The notes below the pieces were generated by a model, which was not told the origin of the DNA, ran no database searches, and was given only the letters and a program-made list of their open reading frames with translations. Below are positions 50,409-60,238 of a stretch of 64,000 bases of DNA, in pieces; the first letter of the stretch is position 1; each line of letters starts with the position of its first letter. The stretch comes from an uncultured Holophaga sp. (lineage in GTDB: Bacteria; Acidobacteriota; Holophagae; Holophagales; Holophagaceae), in contig OY761614.1 of the NCBI GenBank assembly GCA_963664825.1, positions 2,208,001 through 2,272,000 of the forward strand, given 5' to 3'. The position numbers and the translations under genes were made by a program.

Positions 50409-51605
50409 ATGACTTATCTCCGCCGCGAATCCTTCCTCCCTTTCACCCGCCCAGTCATTGGCCAGGAGGAGATCGAAGAGATGATCGATTCGATCAACTC
50501 GGGCTGGATCACCACGGGCCCCAAATCTGCCAAGTTCGAAGAGGAGCTGGCCCGCTACAACGATGTGAAGCACTGTCTGGTGATGAATAGCGCCACCACG
50601 GCCCAGGAGATCACCCTCCAGGTGTTGGGGCTCCAGCCCGGGGACGAGGTCATCACCACGGCCATGACCTGGGTGTCCACCCTCTCGACCGTCGTGCTCC
50701 AGGGCGGCGTGCCCGTGCTGGCCGATATAGATCCGAAGACCCTGAATATCGATCCCGCGCGCATCGAGGAGATGATCACGCCCCGCACCAAGGGCATCAT
50801 CCCTGTGCATCTCACGGGGCTGCCCGCCCCCATGGAGGAGATCTGGAAGATCGCCGAAAAGCACGGCCTCTGGGTCATCGAGGATGCCGCCCAGGCCATG
50901 GGCGCCCACTATGCCGGCCAGAAGATCGGCCACGACCCGCGCTCGATCATGAGCGTCTACAGCTTCCATCCCAATAAGAACATGACCACCGGCGAAGGGG
51001 GCTGCATCGTCCTCCACGACGATCGCTTCCTGGACCGCATCAAGCGCCTGCGCTTCCATGGCATCGAGAAGGACGCCTGGAAGCGCTTCTCCAAGGATGG
51101 ATCGCCCCACACGGAGGTCATGGAACCCGGCCGCAAGGCCAATTTCATGGACCTCCAGGCCAGTCTCGGCCTGCATCAGATCAAGAAGCTGGACGGTTTC
51201 AATGCCCGGCGGGGCCATCTCTTTCGGCGCTACCTGGAGCTGCTGAAGGATATCGAGGGCCTCGTGCTGCCCTGGGAGGGGGACGCCATCCACGGCCACT
51301 GCTTCCATCTCTTCGTGCTGCGCATCCGGCCGGAGGTGGTGGGGATGGATCGGGACGCCTTCGTGCAGGCCCTGAAAGACGAGAATATCGGCACCGGCAT
51401 CCACTACCGCCCCGCCCACATCCACGCCTTCTACCGGGGCTACTACGCCGAGCATCCCAACGCCCTGCCCCAGGATGGTCTGCCCCATAGCGAATGGAGC
51501 GGCGATCGGTTGATGTCCCTGCCGCTTTGGCCCGGCCTCACCGAAGAGGACCAGGACCAGGTCGTCGCGGCCATCCAGCATGTGATCGCGCAGGCCCGGC
51601 CATGA
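50409..51605 (+). CDS. DegT/DnrJ/EryC1/StrS (ArnB-like) aminotransferase
   Basis: SGWITTGPK, EDAAQAMG, SFHPNKNMTTGEGG. Confidence 0.93.
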   Translation: MTYLRRESFLPFTRPVIGQEEIEEMIDSINSGWITTGPKSAKFEEELARYNDVKHCLVMNSATTAQEITLQVLGLQPGDEVITTAMTWVSTLSTVVLQGGVPVLADIDPKTLNIDPARIEEMITPRTKGIIPVHLTGLPAPMEEIWKIAEKHGLWVIEDAAQAMGAHYAGQKIGHDPRSIMSVYSFHPNKNMTTGEGGCIVLHDDRFLDRIKRLRFHGIEKDAWKRFSKDGSPHTEVMEPGRKANFMDLQASLGLHQIKKLDGFNARRGHLFRRYLELLKDIEGLVLPWEGDAIHGHCFHLFVLRIRPEVVGMDRDAFVQALKDENIGTGIHYRPAHIHAFYRGYYAEHPNALPQDGLPHSEWSGDRLMSLPLWPGLTEEDQDQVVAAIQHVIAQARP

Positions 51606-53266
51606 GCGGCGCCAAGATTGAAGTGATGATGGAAGGCCAGCGGCTTCCGGTGAAAACCGGGGAGAAGATCGTCGATCTGCTCAAACGCTATCCGTCGGTG
51701 GCCGGCAAGCCCCTGGCGGTCAAGATCAACCAGCATCTGGTGAGCCTGGATACCTCCATCCGTTACGCCTGCAAGCTCACGCCGGTGACCTATGCCCAGC
51801 GGGAGGGCACGGCCGTCTACCGGCGCTCGGCCTGTCTCATCCTCTTCGAGGCCGCCAAGGAACTCTATCCAGAGGCCGAGGTGATCGTGGGCCAGTCCCT
51901 AGCCGGGGGCTACTACTTCGATCTGCGCGCGCCTGTGCCCCTGCCCTCGGATCACCTGGCCCAGATCGAGGCACGGATGCGCCAGATCGTGGCGGAGGAC
52001 CGCGTCTTCCAACGCCAGACCATCACCAGCGAAGAAGCGGTGCAGCATTTCCGCGATGAGGGCTACGAAGACAAGATCAAGCTCCTGACCACCACCCGCT
52101 GGATCGAGGTGCGCCTGGTGGGCTGCGGCGTCTTCCAGGATATTCAGCACGGTCCGGTGGTGCCCTCCACGGGCTACATCGACCAGTTCGAGGTGGTGCC
52201 CTACGAACCCGGCTTCGTGCTGAGGTTCCCGGAGCCGTATTCCTCCGAGCTTCGCCCCACGATGGCGCCCGAACCGGGGCTCTTCCAGATCTACAAGGAG
52301 ACCAAGGCCTGGAACCGCATCCTGGGCGTGGTGAACGTGGGCCAGCTCAACGAGGCCTGTCTCTCCGATGAGATCCGCGAAGTGATCAAGATCGCCGAGG
52401 GCTTCCACGAAAAGAAGATCGCCGAATTCGCCGATGTGGTGGCCAGTCGGCGTGGCAAGGTGCGCCTGGTGCTCATCGCCGGGCCCTCCAGCTCCGGAAA
52501 GACCACCTTCAGCAAGCGCCTGATGATCCAGCTGAGGGTGAATGGCCTCCGGCCCGTCACCCTCTCCACGGATAACTACTTCCTGGGCCGGGAGCAGACG
52601 CCCCTGGACGAACAGGGCAAACCCGACTTCGAGTGTCTGGAAGCGGTGGACGTGGCCCTCTTCAACCAGCACCTGGAGCAGCTGCTGGGGGGCCAGGAGG
52701 CCCAGATCCCCACCTACGATTTCTTCACCGGCATGCGCGCCCCCCAGGCGACGCCCATGCGCCTGGGCCCTGACGATATCCTGATCGTGGAGGGCATCCA
52801 CGGCCTCAATCCCAAACTCACGGAGGCCGTGCCTGCCGATAGCAAGCTGAAGATCTACATCAGCGCCCTCACCCAGTTGGGCCTGGACGATCACAACCGC
52901 ATCATGACCACCGATGTGCGCCTGATTCGCCGCATCGTGCGGGACCGCCATTACCGGGGCCACGCCGCCGCACGCACCCTGGGCATGTGGCCCAGCGTCC
53001 TGCGGGGAGAACGGCAGAACATCTTCCCCTTCCAGGAGAGCGCCGATCTGATGTTCAATTCCACCCTCATCTACGAGCCTGCGGTGCTGCGGGTCTTCGC
53101 CGAGCGCTTCCTGCTGGAAGTGCCCAGCGACGATCCCAGCTTCGGCGAAGCCTACCGCCTGCTCCATTTCGTCCGCATGTTCGTGCCCCTCTTCCCGGAC
53201 GAAGTGCCCCCCACCTCCATCCTGAGGGAATTCATCGGCGGGAGCAGCTTCAGCTACAGGGACTGA
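51602..53266 (+). CDS. Nucleoside (uridine) kinase with ThrRS-like N-terminal domains
   Basis: AGPSSSGKTT, VEGIHGLN, RRIVRD, SILREFIGGS. Confidence 0.9.
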   Translation: MSGAKIEVMMEGQRLPVKTGEKIVDLLKRYPSVAGKPLAVKINQHLVSLDTSIRYACKLTPVTYAQREGTAVYRRSACLILFEAAKELYPEAEVIVGQSLAGGYYFDLRAPVPLPSDHLAQIEARMRQIVAEDRVFQRQTITSEEAVQHFRDEGYEDKIKLLTTTRWIEVRLVGCGVFQDIQHGPVVPSTGYIDQFEVVPYEPGFVLRFPEPYSSELRPTMAPEPGLFQIYKETKAWNRILGVVNVGQLNEACLSDEIREVIKIAEGFHEKKIAEFADVVASRRGKVRLVLIAGPSSSGKTTFSKRLMIQLRVNGLRPVTLSTDNYFLGREQTPLDEQGKPDFECLEAVDVALFNQHLEQLLGGQEAQIPTYDFFTGMRAPQATPMRLGPDDILIVEGIHGLNPKLTEAVPADSKLKIYISALTQLGLDDHNRIMTTDVRLIRRIVRDRHYRGHAAARTLGMWPSVLRGERQNIFPFQESADLMFNSTLIYEPAVLRVFAERFLLEVPSDDPSFGEAYRLLHFVRMFVPLFPDEVPPTSILREFIGGSSFSYRD

Positions 53267-53298
53267 GGAAACGCTTCGATTCCTGAGGATGACCAGGG

Positions 53299-55395
53299 TC
53301 AGATCTTATCCATCACCATCTGGAAGGAGACCTCGCCCTGGCCCAGGTCCACGGTGGCTTCGCCCCAGCGCCCCGTGCCGTGCTCCGTGGCACGGATGAC
53401 AACGGTCTTGGTCGAGATGGCTATGCGGATACGTGGTTGGGATTGGTCACGTAGGATCTCGTGTTCCCTTGAATTCCGAGATCCTATTGTAATGCTCCCG
53501 ATTGGCTTGGCCTGACCCTCGACTCGGAATTCCACGTCGAAGCCGTCCAGGGAGAGGACCCGCATCCGCACATCCCATTCGTCCTTGGGCAGTGGCTTCA
53601 GCTCACCGCTGACGCTTCCCGGCGGGAGTTGCTTCATCCACGCCTCGCTGAGGGGGGCGGGCAGGTAGCCAATATGAGCCAGGCTTTGTAAAAATTCCCT
53701 TGGGGGAACCTTATTCAGGTGGATCGTGAGACCACCTGTATTCTCAGCCTTGAATGGGGGAAGCGTGCGATCCAATTCCCTGTCCTCGACACCGGTCGCG
53801 AAGAGCCAGTTCCAGTTCTCTGTCAGGAGGGCTGTCAGCTCCTGGCGCGTGACATCGAGGTCCAGATCGAGCAGTGCCCCGTGGCGGGCCATATGGATAT
53901 GGCGCGGCGCCGTCGGATCGCCCTTGGGCACCCTCAGCACCTTCTTCGCGCTGGAGGGCGTTGTCTGGGAGGGGGCCGCGGGCTCCGGCTGCACGGCCTT
54001 GCCCTGGGCCAGCTGGAGCACGGCAGGCACGTAGCGGCGGGTCTCCTCGCTCAGGGTTCCGGCGTCCAGGGTTTCCTCGCCGCCATTGTAGGCGGCCAGG
54101 GTCTTGGTCAGATCGCCGTGGTAGCGCTGGAGCAGATGCTTGAGGTATCTGGCTCCGGCAGCCATGACCTGATCCGGGTCCGAGAGATCCTGGGCGCCAT
54201 ATTTGAGTGCGGTCTCAGGCTTCACCTGGAGGAGGCCCGTGGAACCCTGGGCACTGACGGCCTTGGGATCGTAGCGGCTCTCCACTTCCGCCAGGGCCCG
54301 CAGCAGATCGGGATCGATGCCTTCCTTCAGGGCCAGGGTGTCCACCTGGGCCACGAGTTCGGCGGGACGCAGGATGGGAGTGGCGGGGCTCGCTTGTGCA
54401 GGGGGCGCCGAGGAGGCCATCATCGGCGAGAGGAGCGAGGCGGCGAGCAGGGCCGGGAGCAGGCCGCCGAGGAGGGGCCGGGGCTGGGTGGGGTGGAGGA
54501 GGCGCGTGATGCGTGCCATGAGGTCTCCTTGATGGGCTCCCAAGGCCAGGTTGGGGGCGGGTTCCGGGAACTGGAAACGGTCCAATGCGGCCAGAGCCAG
54601 CGCCAGGCGCCGGGGTTCGCCGATGGCCTTGGCCGCCAGATCGTCGCAGGCCTCTTCCCGGGTGGCGCGGATGCGAGCCGAGATCCACCAGACGGCGGGG
54701 TGGAAGAAGAGCAGGGTCTCCGCCAGGCTCTGCAGCAGATTGACGAGGTAGTCCTGGCGCTGGATATGGGCCAGTTCGTGGGCCAGCAGCGCCTCCAACA
54801 GCACCGGGTCCATGCCCATGAGCAGCGAGGCGGGCAGCAGCACGGCGGGCTTCCACCAGCCATGGGCCAGGGGCCCTTCCACGCCCTCGCAGAGGCGCAG
54901 TTCAGGACAGCGGGCGAGGCCCAGGCGATGGGCGAGGTCTTTCAAGCGCATCTGCCATTCCCGGGGGGCGGAGCGCGTCCTGTGGCGGCGCAGGCGCTGG
55001 ATCCACATCCACCCGCCCAGGAGGCGCAGGAGGCAGATCATGGCCCCCAGGCCCCATCCCCCCACGATCCAGGGCAGAGCGGGCCGCAGGAGGCGCTCCG
55101 CTCGAGTCCCGAGAGAGGGCGCCGGAGTGGGGCGGGGGCTCGGGGGGGCCGCGGTCATCACGGGGGAAACGGCCACCTGGATGGTCTGGGCCTCCCCGGC
55201 GGGCCAGAGCCGCACCAGTGTGAGGGTGGGGAGGCATAGGCAGGCCAAGAGGCCCGCGCAGGCCGCGAGATGGCGAGCCTGGGCCGAGGCGCCTCGCAGC
55301 AGGCGCAGCACAAGAGCCGTGGCGAGGCCTGCCAGGGCGCCTTGCCAGAGGACATGCAGCAGCGTCCAGCCGAGGGCGAGGGCGATGGGGCTCAT
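53299..55395 (-). CDS. M56 metallopeptidase fused to an SLT lytic transglycosylase domain
   Basis: HELAH, FFHPAVWW, EEACDD; VESRYDPKAVS..GLLQV, AAYNGG. Confidence 0.88.
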   Translation of the reverse strand: MSPIALALGWTLLHVLWQGALAGLATALVLRLLRGASAQARHLAACAGLLACLCLPTLTLVRLWPAGEAQTIQVAVSPVMTAAPPSPRPTPAPSLGTRAERLLRPALPWIVGGWGLGAMICLLRLLGGWMWIQRLRRHRTRSAPREWQMRLKDLAHRLGLARCPELRLCEGVEGPLAHGWWKPAVLLPASLLMGMDPVLLEALLAHELAHIQRQDYLVNLLQSLAETLLFFHPAVWWISARIRATREEACDDLAAKAIGEPRRLALALAALDRFQFPEPAPNLALGAHQGDLMARITRLLHPTQPRPLLGGLLPALLAASLLSPMMASSAPPAQASPATPILRPAELVAQVDTLALKEGIDPDLLRALAEVESRYDPKAVSAQGSTGLLQVKPETALKYGAQDLSDPDQVMAAGARYLKHLLQRYHGDLTKTLAAYNGGEETLDAGTLSEETRRYVPAVLQLAQGKAVQPEPAAPSQTTPSSAKKVLRVPKGDPTAPRHIHMARHGALLDLDLDVTRQELTALLTENWNWLFATGVEDRELDRTLPPFKAENTGGLTIHLNKVPPREFLQSLAHIGYLPAPLSEAWMKQLPPGSVSGELKPLPKDEWDVRMRVLSLDGFDVEFRVEGQAKPIGSITIGSRNSREHEILRDQSQPRIRIAISTKTVVIRATEHGTGRWGEATVDLGQGEVSFQMVMDKI

Positions 55396-55769
55396 TTCTT
55401 CTCCTCTGCAGCGAACAGGGCCCGGATTTCGCTGCGCTCCTTGGCGCTCACGGAACCCGATTTCAGGGCCGCCAGCACGAGTTCCTTGGCCGAGCCCTTG
55501 AAGGCCCGGTCCATGAGATCGGCCACCAGGCCCTTCTGCATGGCCGCCTTGGCGTGGGCGGGCCGGTAGATGTGGGAACGCTCCCGCTCGTCCCGGGTCA
55601 CCAGCCCCTTCTCGAACATCACCTGGAGCATGCGCAGCACGCCCGTGTAGGTGATCTCCCGCTGGGCGCTGAGGACCCGGTGGACCTGCTTGACGGTGGC
55701 GGGCCCCAGATCCCACAACACTTGCAGGAGGCTCAGTTCGACATCGGTGGGGCGGGGCGCTCGGGACAA
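55392..55769 (-). CDS. BlaI/MecI/CopY family repressor
   Basis: PTDVELSLLQVLW, YTGVLRMLQVMFEKGLV; overlaps M56 start. Confidence 0.92.
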   Translation of the reverse strand: MSRAPRPTDVELSLLQVLWDLGPATVKQVHRVLSAQREITYTGVLRMLQVMFEKGLVTRDERERSHIYRPAHAKAAMQKGLVADLMDRAFKGSAKELVLAALKSGSVSAKERSEIRALFAAEEKK

Positions 55770-55931
55770 GGGACCTCCGGATTGGAATTGGGTCTACTGG
55801 ATCATGTCTACGATAATTTGTCTACTATGTTTTGAGTAGGTCATTGCCTCGAGCGTGTCCCGAGACGGAGGTCGCGGGGCCCTGTGAGGGCGGGTATTTT
55901 GGAGGTAGCGCTGCCTCGCGAGGGAGATCCC

Positions 55932-56282
55932 ATGCTGCCCGCCATTCTCACCCTCCTGCTCTTCCAGGCCCTGGGCGAAGTGCTGGTGCGCCTGCTCCGG
56001 GTCCCCGTTCCCGGGCCCGTGGCGGGCATGGGGCTCCTCTTCCTGTGGCTTATCTGGAGGGGTGGGGCCTCCCGGCGCCTGGAACGGGTGAGCCGGGAAC
56101 TGCTCCAGCATCTGGGGCTCTTCTTCGTTCCGGCTGGGGTGGGCGTGATCGTGCTGGGGCCGCGCCTAGCCCAGACCTGGAAACCCATCCTGGCCGCCGT
56201 CCTGCTGGGCACCCTCGTGACCCTGGGGGTGACGGCGCTCGTCTTCCGCCTGCTCACGCCTCGGGCCAAGGAGGAGGCATGA
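55932..56282 (+). CDS. CidA/LrgA family protein
   Basis: PVPGPVAGM, LFFVPAGVG. Confidence 0.9.
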   Translation: MLPAILTLLLFQALGEVLVRLLRVPVPGPVAGMGLLFLWLIWRGGASRRLERVSRELLQHLGLFFVPAGVGVIVLGPRLAQTWKPILAAVLLGTLVTLGVTALVFRLLTPRAKEEA

Positions 56283-56980
56283 ATCCGGTCTCCCATGGCT
56301 GGGTCACGCCCAGCCTTTGCCTGGCGATGACCGCAGGCGTCTATCTCGGGGCGTTCCGGCTGCACCACCTGCTGGGCCGGGCGCCCTGGGCCAATCCCAC
56401 GGCGCTGGCCACGGCTTTCCTGGCGCTATTGGTGGGAGTCTCCGGGGTTCCCTACGCTTCCTACTTTGCCGGGGCGAACCTCGTGCATTTCCTGCTGGGA
56501 CCGGCCACGGTGGCCTTGGGGGTCTCCCTCTACACCCAGCGGGAGAGGATCCGGAGGCTGGCCCTTCCCGGTCTTGTCGCGCTGCTGGTGGGCTCCCTGA
56601 CGGGGATCCTCAGCGCCCTATTTTTCGCCAAGCTCTTCGGAGCCGATCGCGCGCTGCTAGCCACCCTGGCCCCGAAGAGCGCCACCACGCCCATTGCCAT
56701 GGGCATCGCCGAAAGCCTGGGCGGTGATCCAGCGCTAGCTGCGGTGGTGGTGATCCTCACCGGCATCCTGGGGGCGATCCTGGCCCGGCCCCTCATGACG
56801 GTTCTGGGCATGAAGGACCGCGCTGCCCGGGGATTTGCGCTGGGTGTGGCCTGCCACGGCCTGGGCACCGCTGCGGCCTTCGAGGAAGGTCCGGAGGCGG
56901 GCACCCTCGCGGGACTCGCCATGGGCCTCAATGGTTTCCTGACGGCCCTGCTGGTACCCCTGGTCCTGCGGTTCTTCTAA
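56279..56980 (+). CDS. LrgB/CidB family protein
   Basis: LLGPATVAL, PKSATTPIA, HGLGTA. Confidence 0.92.
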   Translation: MNPVSHGWVTPSLCLAMTAGVYLGAFRLHHLLGRAPWANPTALATAFLALLVGVSGVPYASYFAGANLVHFLLGPATVALGVSLYTQRERIRRLALPGLVALLVGSLTGILSALFFAKLFGADRALLATLAPKSATTPIAMGIAESLGGDPALAAVVVILTGILGAILARPLMTVLGMKDRAARGFALGVACHGLGTAAAFEEGPEAGTLAGLAMGLNGFLTALLVPLVLRFF

Positions 56981-57006
56981 AAAAAGGGCCCCGCATGGGG
57001 CCCTTT
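56979..57006. terminator. Bidirectional intrinsic terminator
   Basis: A-run, AAAGGGCCCC-GCAT-GGGGCCCTTT between convergent genes. Confidence 0.8.
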
Positions 57007-57024
57007 CCGGAAGCGAATTGCGGA

Positions 57025-57480
57025 CTATTCCATCACGATCCAGACCTTGCGGTTTTCCTTGACGGCCTGGACCAGCACCATCATGGCTTCGGAGATCTGC
57101 TTGCCCTTGGAAGAACCATCCAGGAGATCGACGATGACGATCGGATCCTCTTCGCCCCTGGGGAGGCTTACGCTGCGGGGCATCTCGCGTTCGGATTTCT
57201 TGGAGGCCGGCATCCGGGAGGGGGGATCGGGCAGGATGAAGCCCTTCCCGTGTTCCAGGGCCTCGAGGCTCGTGCGAAACAGGGCGGCCAGGGCCACCAG
57301 GGCGCTGCCCGAAGGCTTGATCTTGTCGCGTTCCCAGAAGGAGATGGAGGCCTGGTCCACACGCAGGGTCTCGGCCATCTCTTCCTGGGACCAGGCCCAG
57401 AGCATGCGCACAGCCTTGATGCGTTCACCAAGGGTGTTGAGGGAAGGCTGGGTATCGGAAGGGGCTTCGGATCGCTTCAT
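57025..57480 (-). CDS. XRE-family HTH regulator
   Basis: LGERIKAVR...SQEEMAE...SISFWERD..KP. Confidence 0.85.
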   Translation of the reverse strand: MKRSEAPSDTQPSLNTLGERIKAVRMLWAWSQEEMAETLRVDQASISFWERDKIKPSGSALVALAALFRTSLEALEHGKGFILPDPPSRMPASKKSEREMPRSVSLPRGEEDPIVIVDLLDGSSKGKQISEAMMVLVQAVKENRKVWIVME

Positions 57481-57575
57481 GGGAATCTCCCGTGAGTGGG
57501 TGGCTGGGGTTGCTTGCAAGTCTCAACTCTAGATTAGGGAAAAATATCAATCAAGACGTTTCATATCAAAATTCA

Positions 57576-59054
57576 TTAAATTCTTTCATGCGGGAGGGTG
57601 GGGACGGGGGCGTAGATGGCGGTTGTAGGGTCCACGGAGTATAGGTTGCTAATTCTGCCCGTGTAGGCGCTGGCGTATTGCTGGATCTGGTCGGCGAAGC
57701 GGGTTTGTTCGTAGCCGTCACGGAAAATACTGCCCCACCTTGAGTTGAAGGCGGCTTCCAACTGGGTGTCCAGGGACATTACGAAAGTCTCCTGACTTAG
57801 TAGATGCTGCCGAGTGAAATCGAGTTCCTCCCGGATTTGGCTTCCTTCCAGATCCAGGGCCTTCAGGGCCTCGGGGCTCAGGCGGGTCGCCAGGAGATGG
57901 CGGTGTTCCCGGTTCCGCCGCAGCTTGTCCTCCAGGAGGGAGACCCGGACCTCGTTGCGGCGGCGCTGGACCTCGGTGCGGAGGAAGAGCTGGAGATCAT
58001 CGGCGAGATCCTCGAGGCGCTGGAGGGTGGTCCCGAGTTCCGGGATCAGGAGGAGGGTCTTCCAGGAGACGTTCTTCTTGGAACGGAGAATATCGCCATA
58101 GATGTGGTCTCCAACGTAGAGGATCTCCTCGCCGAAGGCCTGGAGCTGGTTCTCGAGCCATCCCGCGTGGCCGCCGGTGAAGGCCTTGGGATGTCCCTCC
58201 GTGGGAAGGGCGGGCGGGGCTTCCTCGAAGAAGACGGGTTTTCGGGAACTGGTCACCACCAGCTCGAAGTAGTCCTCCCAACTGGGCAGGGCGGGATCCT
58301 GGCCATCCAGCAGGAAGCTCAGGACGCCCTTGGTGAAGTGCCAGTCGCTATTGGAGACCACGAAGAGCTTCTTCCCGGCGCGCTTCCAGCGGTCCAGGGC
58401 CGCGGGGAGTTCGGGATCCCGGAGGATGTAGAAGTCCCGGTGGGCCAGGATCTCGGCCTTCATTTCGCCGTTCCGATGGGCGGTATCGATGGCCCATCTC
58501 ACATCCTGAAAGAGATCCAGGTATTCCTTCCCCTGGATCCAGCCCCGCTCCTTGCCATCCACCAACACGGCATAGAGGTAGCTCTCCGGGATCTCGAAGA
58601 GGGTGTCGATGCTGCGGAAGCCCTTGGCGCTGGCTGAGAGCCGCCTCCGGCCATAGGCCCCATCGATGGCTCCGCGCTCCATGGGCAGGCTGCCATGGCA
58701 GGCGCGCACCACCATCCGCTCCGTGTTGAGCTTGAGCAGGTTGCCCCTCAGCCCGTCGAGCACCAATCCCCGGATGGCGAATTCGGGATCGTAGGGAATG
58801 CCCAGCAGTTGATCATCATAGGCCCGCTCCTTCACCAGCAGTTGGCTGGCTCGGCGAAAGGCCAGTTCATCGATCTCCGGCGAACGGTAGTGGCTCAGGG
58901 TGTAGTCCATGTCGAAGCCCACGGCCTTCACATCCCGGAAGTGGATATCCCGGAGCGCGAAGACCTTGCGGGCATGGGGAAGGGGGGCCTCGTCCTCGAG
59001 GCCGCAGAAGCGGGGCACAGAAAGCAGGGCCGGAACGACGTTCTGGAGGGGCAT
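57576..59054 (-). CDS. HAD-IG family 5'-nucleotidase
   Basis: GFDMDYTL, RGLVLD, YVGDHIYGDI. Confidence 0.92.
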   Translation of the reverse strand: MPLQNVVPALLSVPRFCGLEDEAPLPHARKVFALRDIHFRDVKAVGFDMDYTLSHYRSPEIDELAFRRASQLLVKERAYDDQLLGIPYDPEFAIRGLVLDGLRGNLLKLNTERMVVRACHGSLPMERGAIDGAYGRRRLSASAKGFRSIDTLFEIPESYLYAVLVDGKERGWIQGKEYLDLFQDVRWAIDTAHRNGEMKAEILAHRDFYILRDPELPAALDRWKRAGKKLFVVSNSDWHFTKGVLSFLLDGQDPALPSWEDYFELVVTSSRKPVFFEEAPPALPTEGHPKAFTGGHAGWLENQLQAFGEEILYVGDHIYGDILRSKKNVSWKTLLLIPELGTTLQRLEDLADDLQLFLRTEVQRRRNEVRVSLLEDKLRRNREHRHLLATRLSPEALKALDLEGSQIREELDFTRQHLLSQETFVMSLDTQLEAAFNSRWGSIFRDGYEQTRFADQIQQYASAYTGRISNLYSVDPTTAIYAPVPTLPHERI

Positions 59055-59314
59055 TCGAAACCTTGAATGGGATATTTCAGGAACAGGGTATGCCCATAGC
59101 TTAAAAACACAAGATCAACTCATTTTAACAGCTGATTCCGCGCAGACCAGGAGGTAGGCATGATTCATACTGTCACCCCACGAGGCGGTCCCAATCGGGC
59201 ACTCCCGGGCGCAGCCACCTTCATTCTTCCGACCCGATCCCGTGGGTCGCGACGATGTGGGTCACAAGCAAGGCTCCAGTGGAGCCTTGCGCGTGGGGCC
59301 CCACACGGAGCGAA

Positions 59315-59728
59315 TCATGCCGAGGGGATGACGGAGCTCGATTCTTCCGACCCGATCCCGTGTGTGATGCTCTGGTGTCCGAAACTTCCCCAGGCCAGCG
59401 CCCGGAATGCCTCTCCGTGCCCCCAGTTCTTCTCCCCATCCTTCCAGAGCTTGTAGTGGATGAGTTCGTGTTCCAGGATGCGCCGGGTGACGGCCTCGGG
59501 ATCCCGGCAGAGGCAGCCACACACCTGGAGGGGCCAGGTCCGGTCCCGGCGGCGCAGGAGCGGGATGGACAGGCGGATCTCCGGATGCCAGACGCCTCTG
59601 GCATCCTTTTCGATCACGAAGAGTCCCGCGCAGCGGGACATGCGGGGCGACCAGAGGATGGGCAGCGGCGGGAGCGCCCAACCCGCCTGCTGCAGGATGC
59701 CCCCCGCGATGTGGCGCAGCGTCATCAC
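59315..59728 (-). CDS. SprT-like zinc metalloprotease
   Basis: WSPRMSRCAG, LEHELIH, HGEAF. Confidence 0.8.
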   Translation of the reverse strand: MMTLRHIAGGILQQAGWALPPLPILWSPRMSRCAGLFVIEKDARGVWHPEIRLSIPLLRRRDRTWPLQVCGCLCRDPEAVTRRILEHELIHYKLWKDGEKNWGHGEAFRALAWGSFGHQSITHGIGSEESSSVIPSA

Positions 59729-60219
59729 CGCTTCAGGGCCTGGTTCCGGAGGCTGGCCAGGATCTGTTCCACCATCTGGCGGGTGGGGGCGTCGAGGCCC
59801 GAATAGCGGAAATGGGCCAGATGGAAGGGGCCTGTGCCGCCCAGTTCGAGGATGCCTTCTGAGGTGCCCGGCAGTTCGGGGGGGTCGATGCGCCGCGTGC
59901 GGGCGCCGCCGATGCGTGTGTCATGGGCCCGCTTGGCAAAGGGCTTCATGCGTTCCATGGTGGGGAAGCGCAGTTCCATCCCGAAGTGGATGGCCAGGAG
60001 GCAGCGCTCCCCGCTGCCCTCGGTATTTTCGACGAAGACATCCAGGGAATCATCCCCCAGGGGGCGAGCCGCCACGGTCCATTGGGGGGGGTGGTCGAAG
60101 CTCACGAGGCCCCTGGAGAAGTGGACCCAGCCTGCCGGGAGGGGGGCCGGGGGGCGATGGCCCTCGGGTGCCCCGCAGGCCACGCAGAGCACCAGGGGGA
60201 CGAGATACGGGTGCGGCAT
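59725..60219 (-). CDS. Hypothetical lipoprotein
   Basis: Lipobox-like VAC; lies between aspS and the SprT-like gene. Confidence 0.55.
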   Translation of the reverse strand: MPHPYLVPLVLCVACGAPEGHRPPAPLPAGWVHFSRGLVSFDHPPQWTVAARPLGDDSLDVFVENTEGSGERCLLAIHFGMELRFPTMERMKPFAKRAHDTRIGGARTRRIDPPELPGTSEGILELGGTGPFHLAHFRYSGLDAPTRQMVEQILASLRNQALKR

Positions 60220-60238
60220 CGAAAAGACCACGGCGGGC

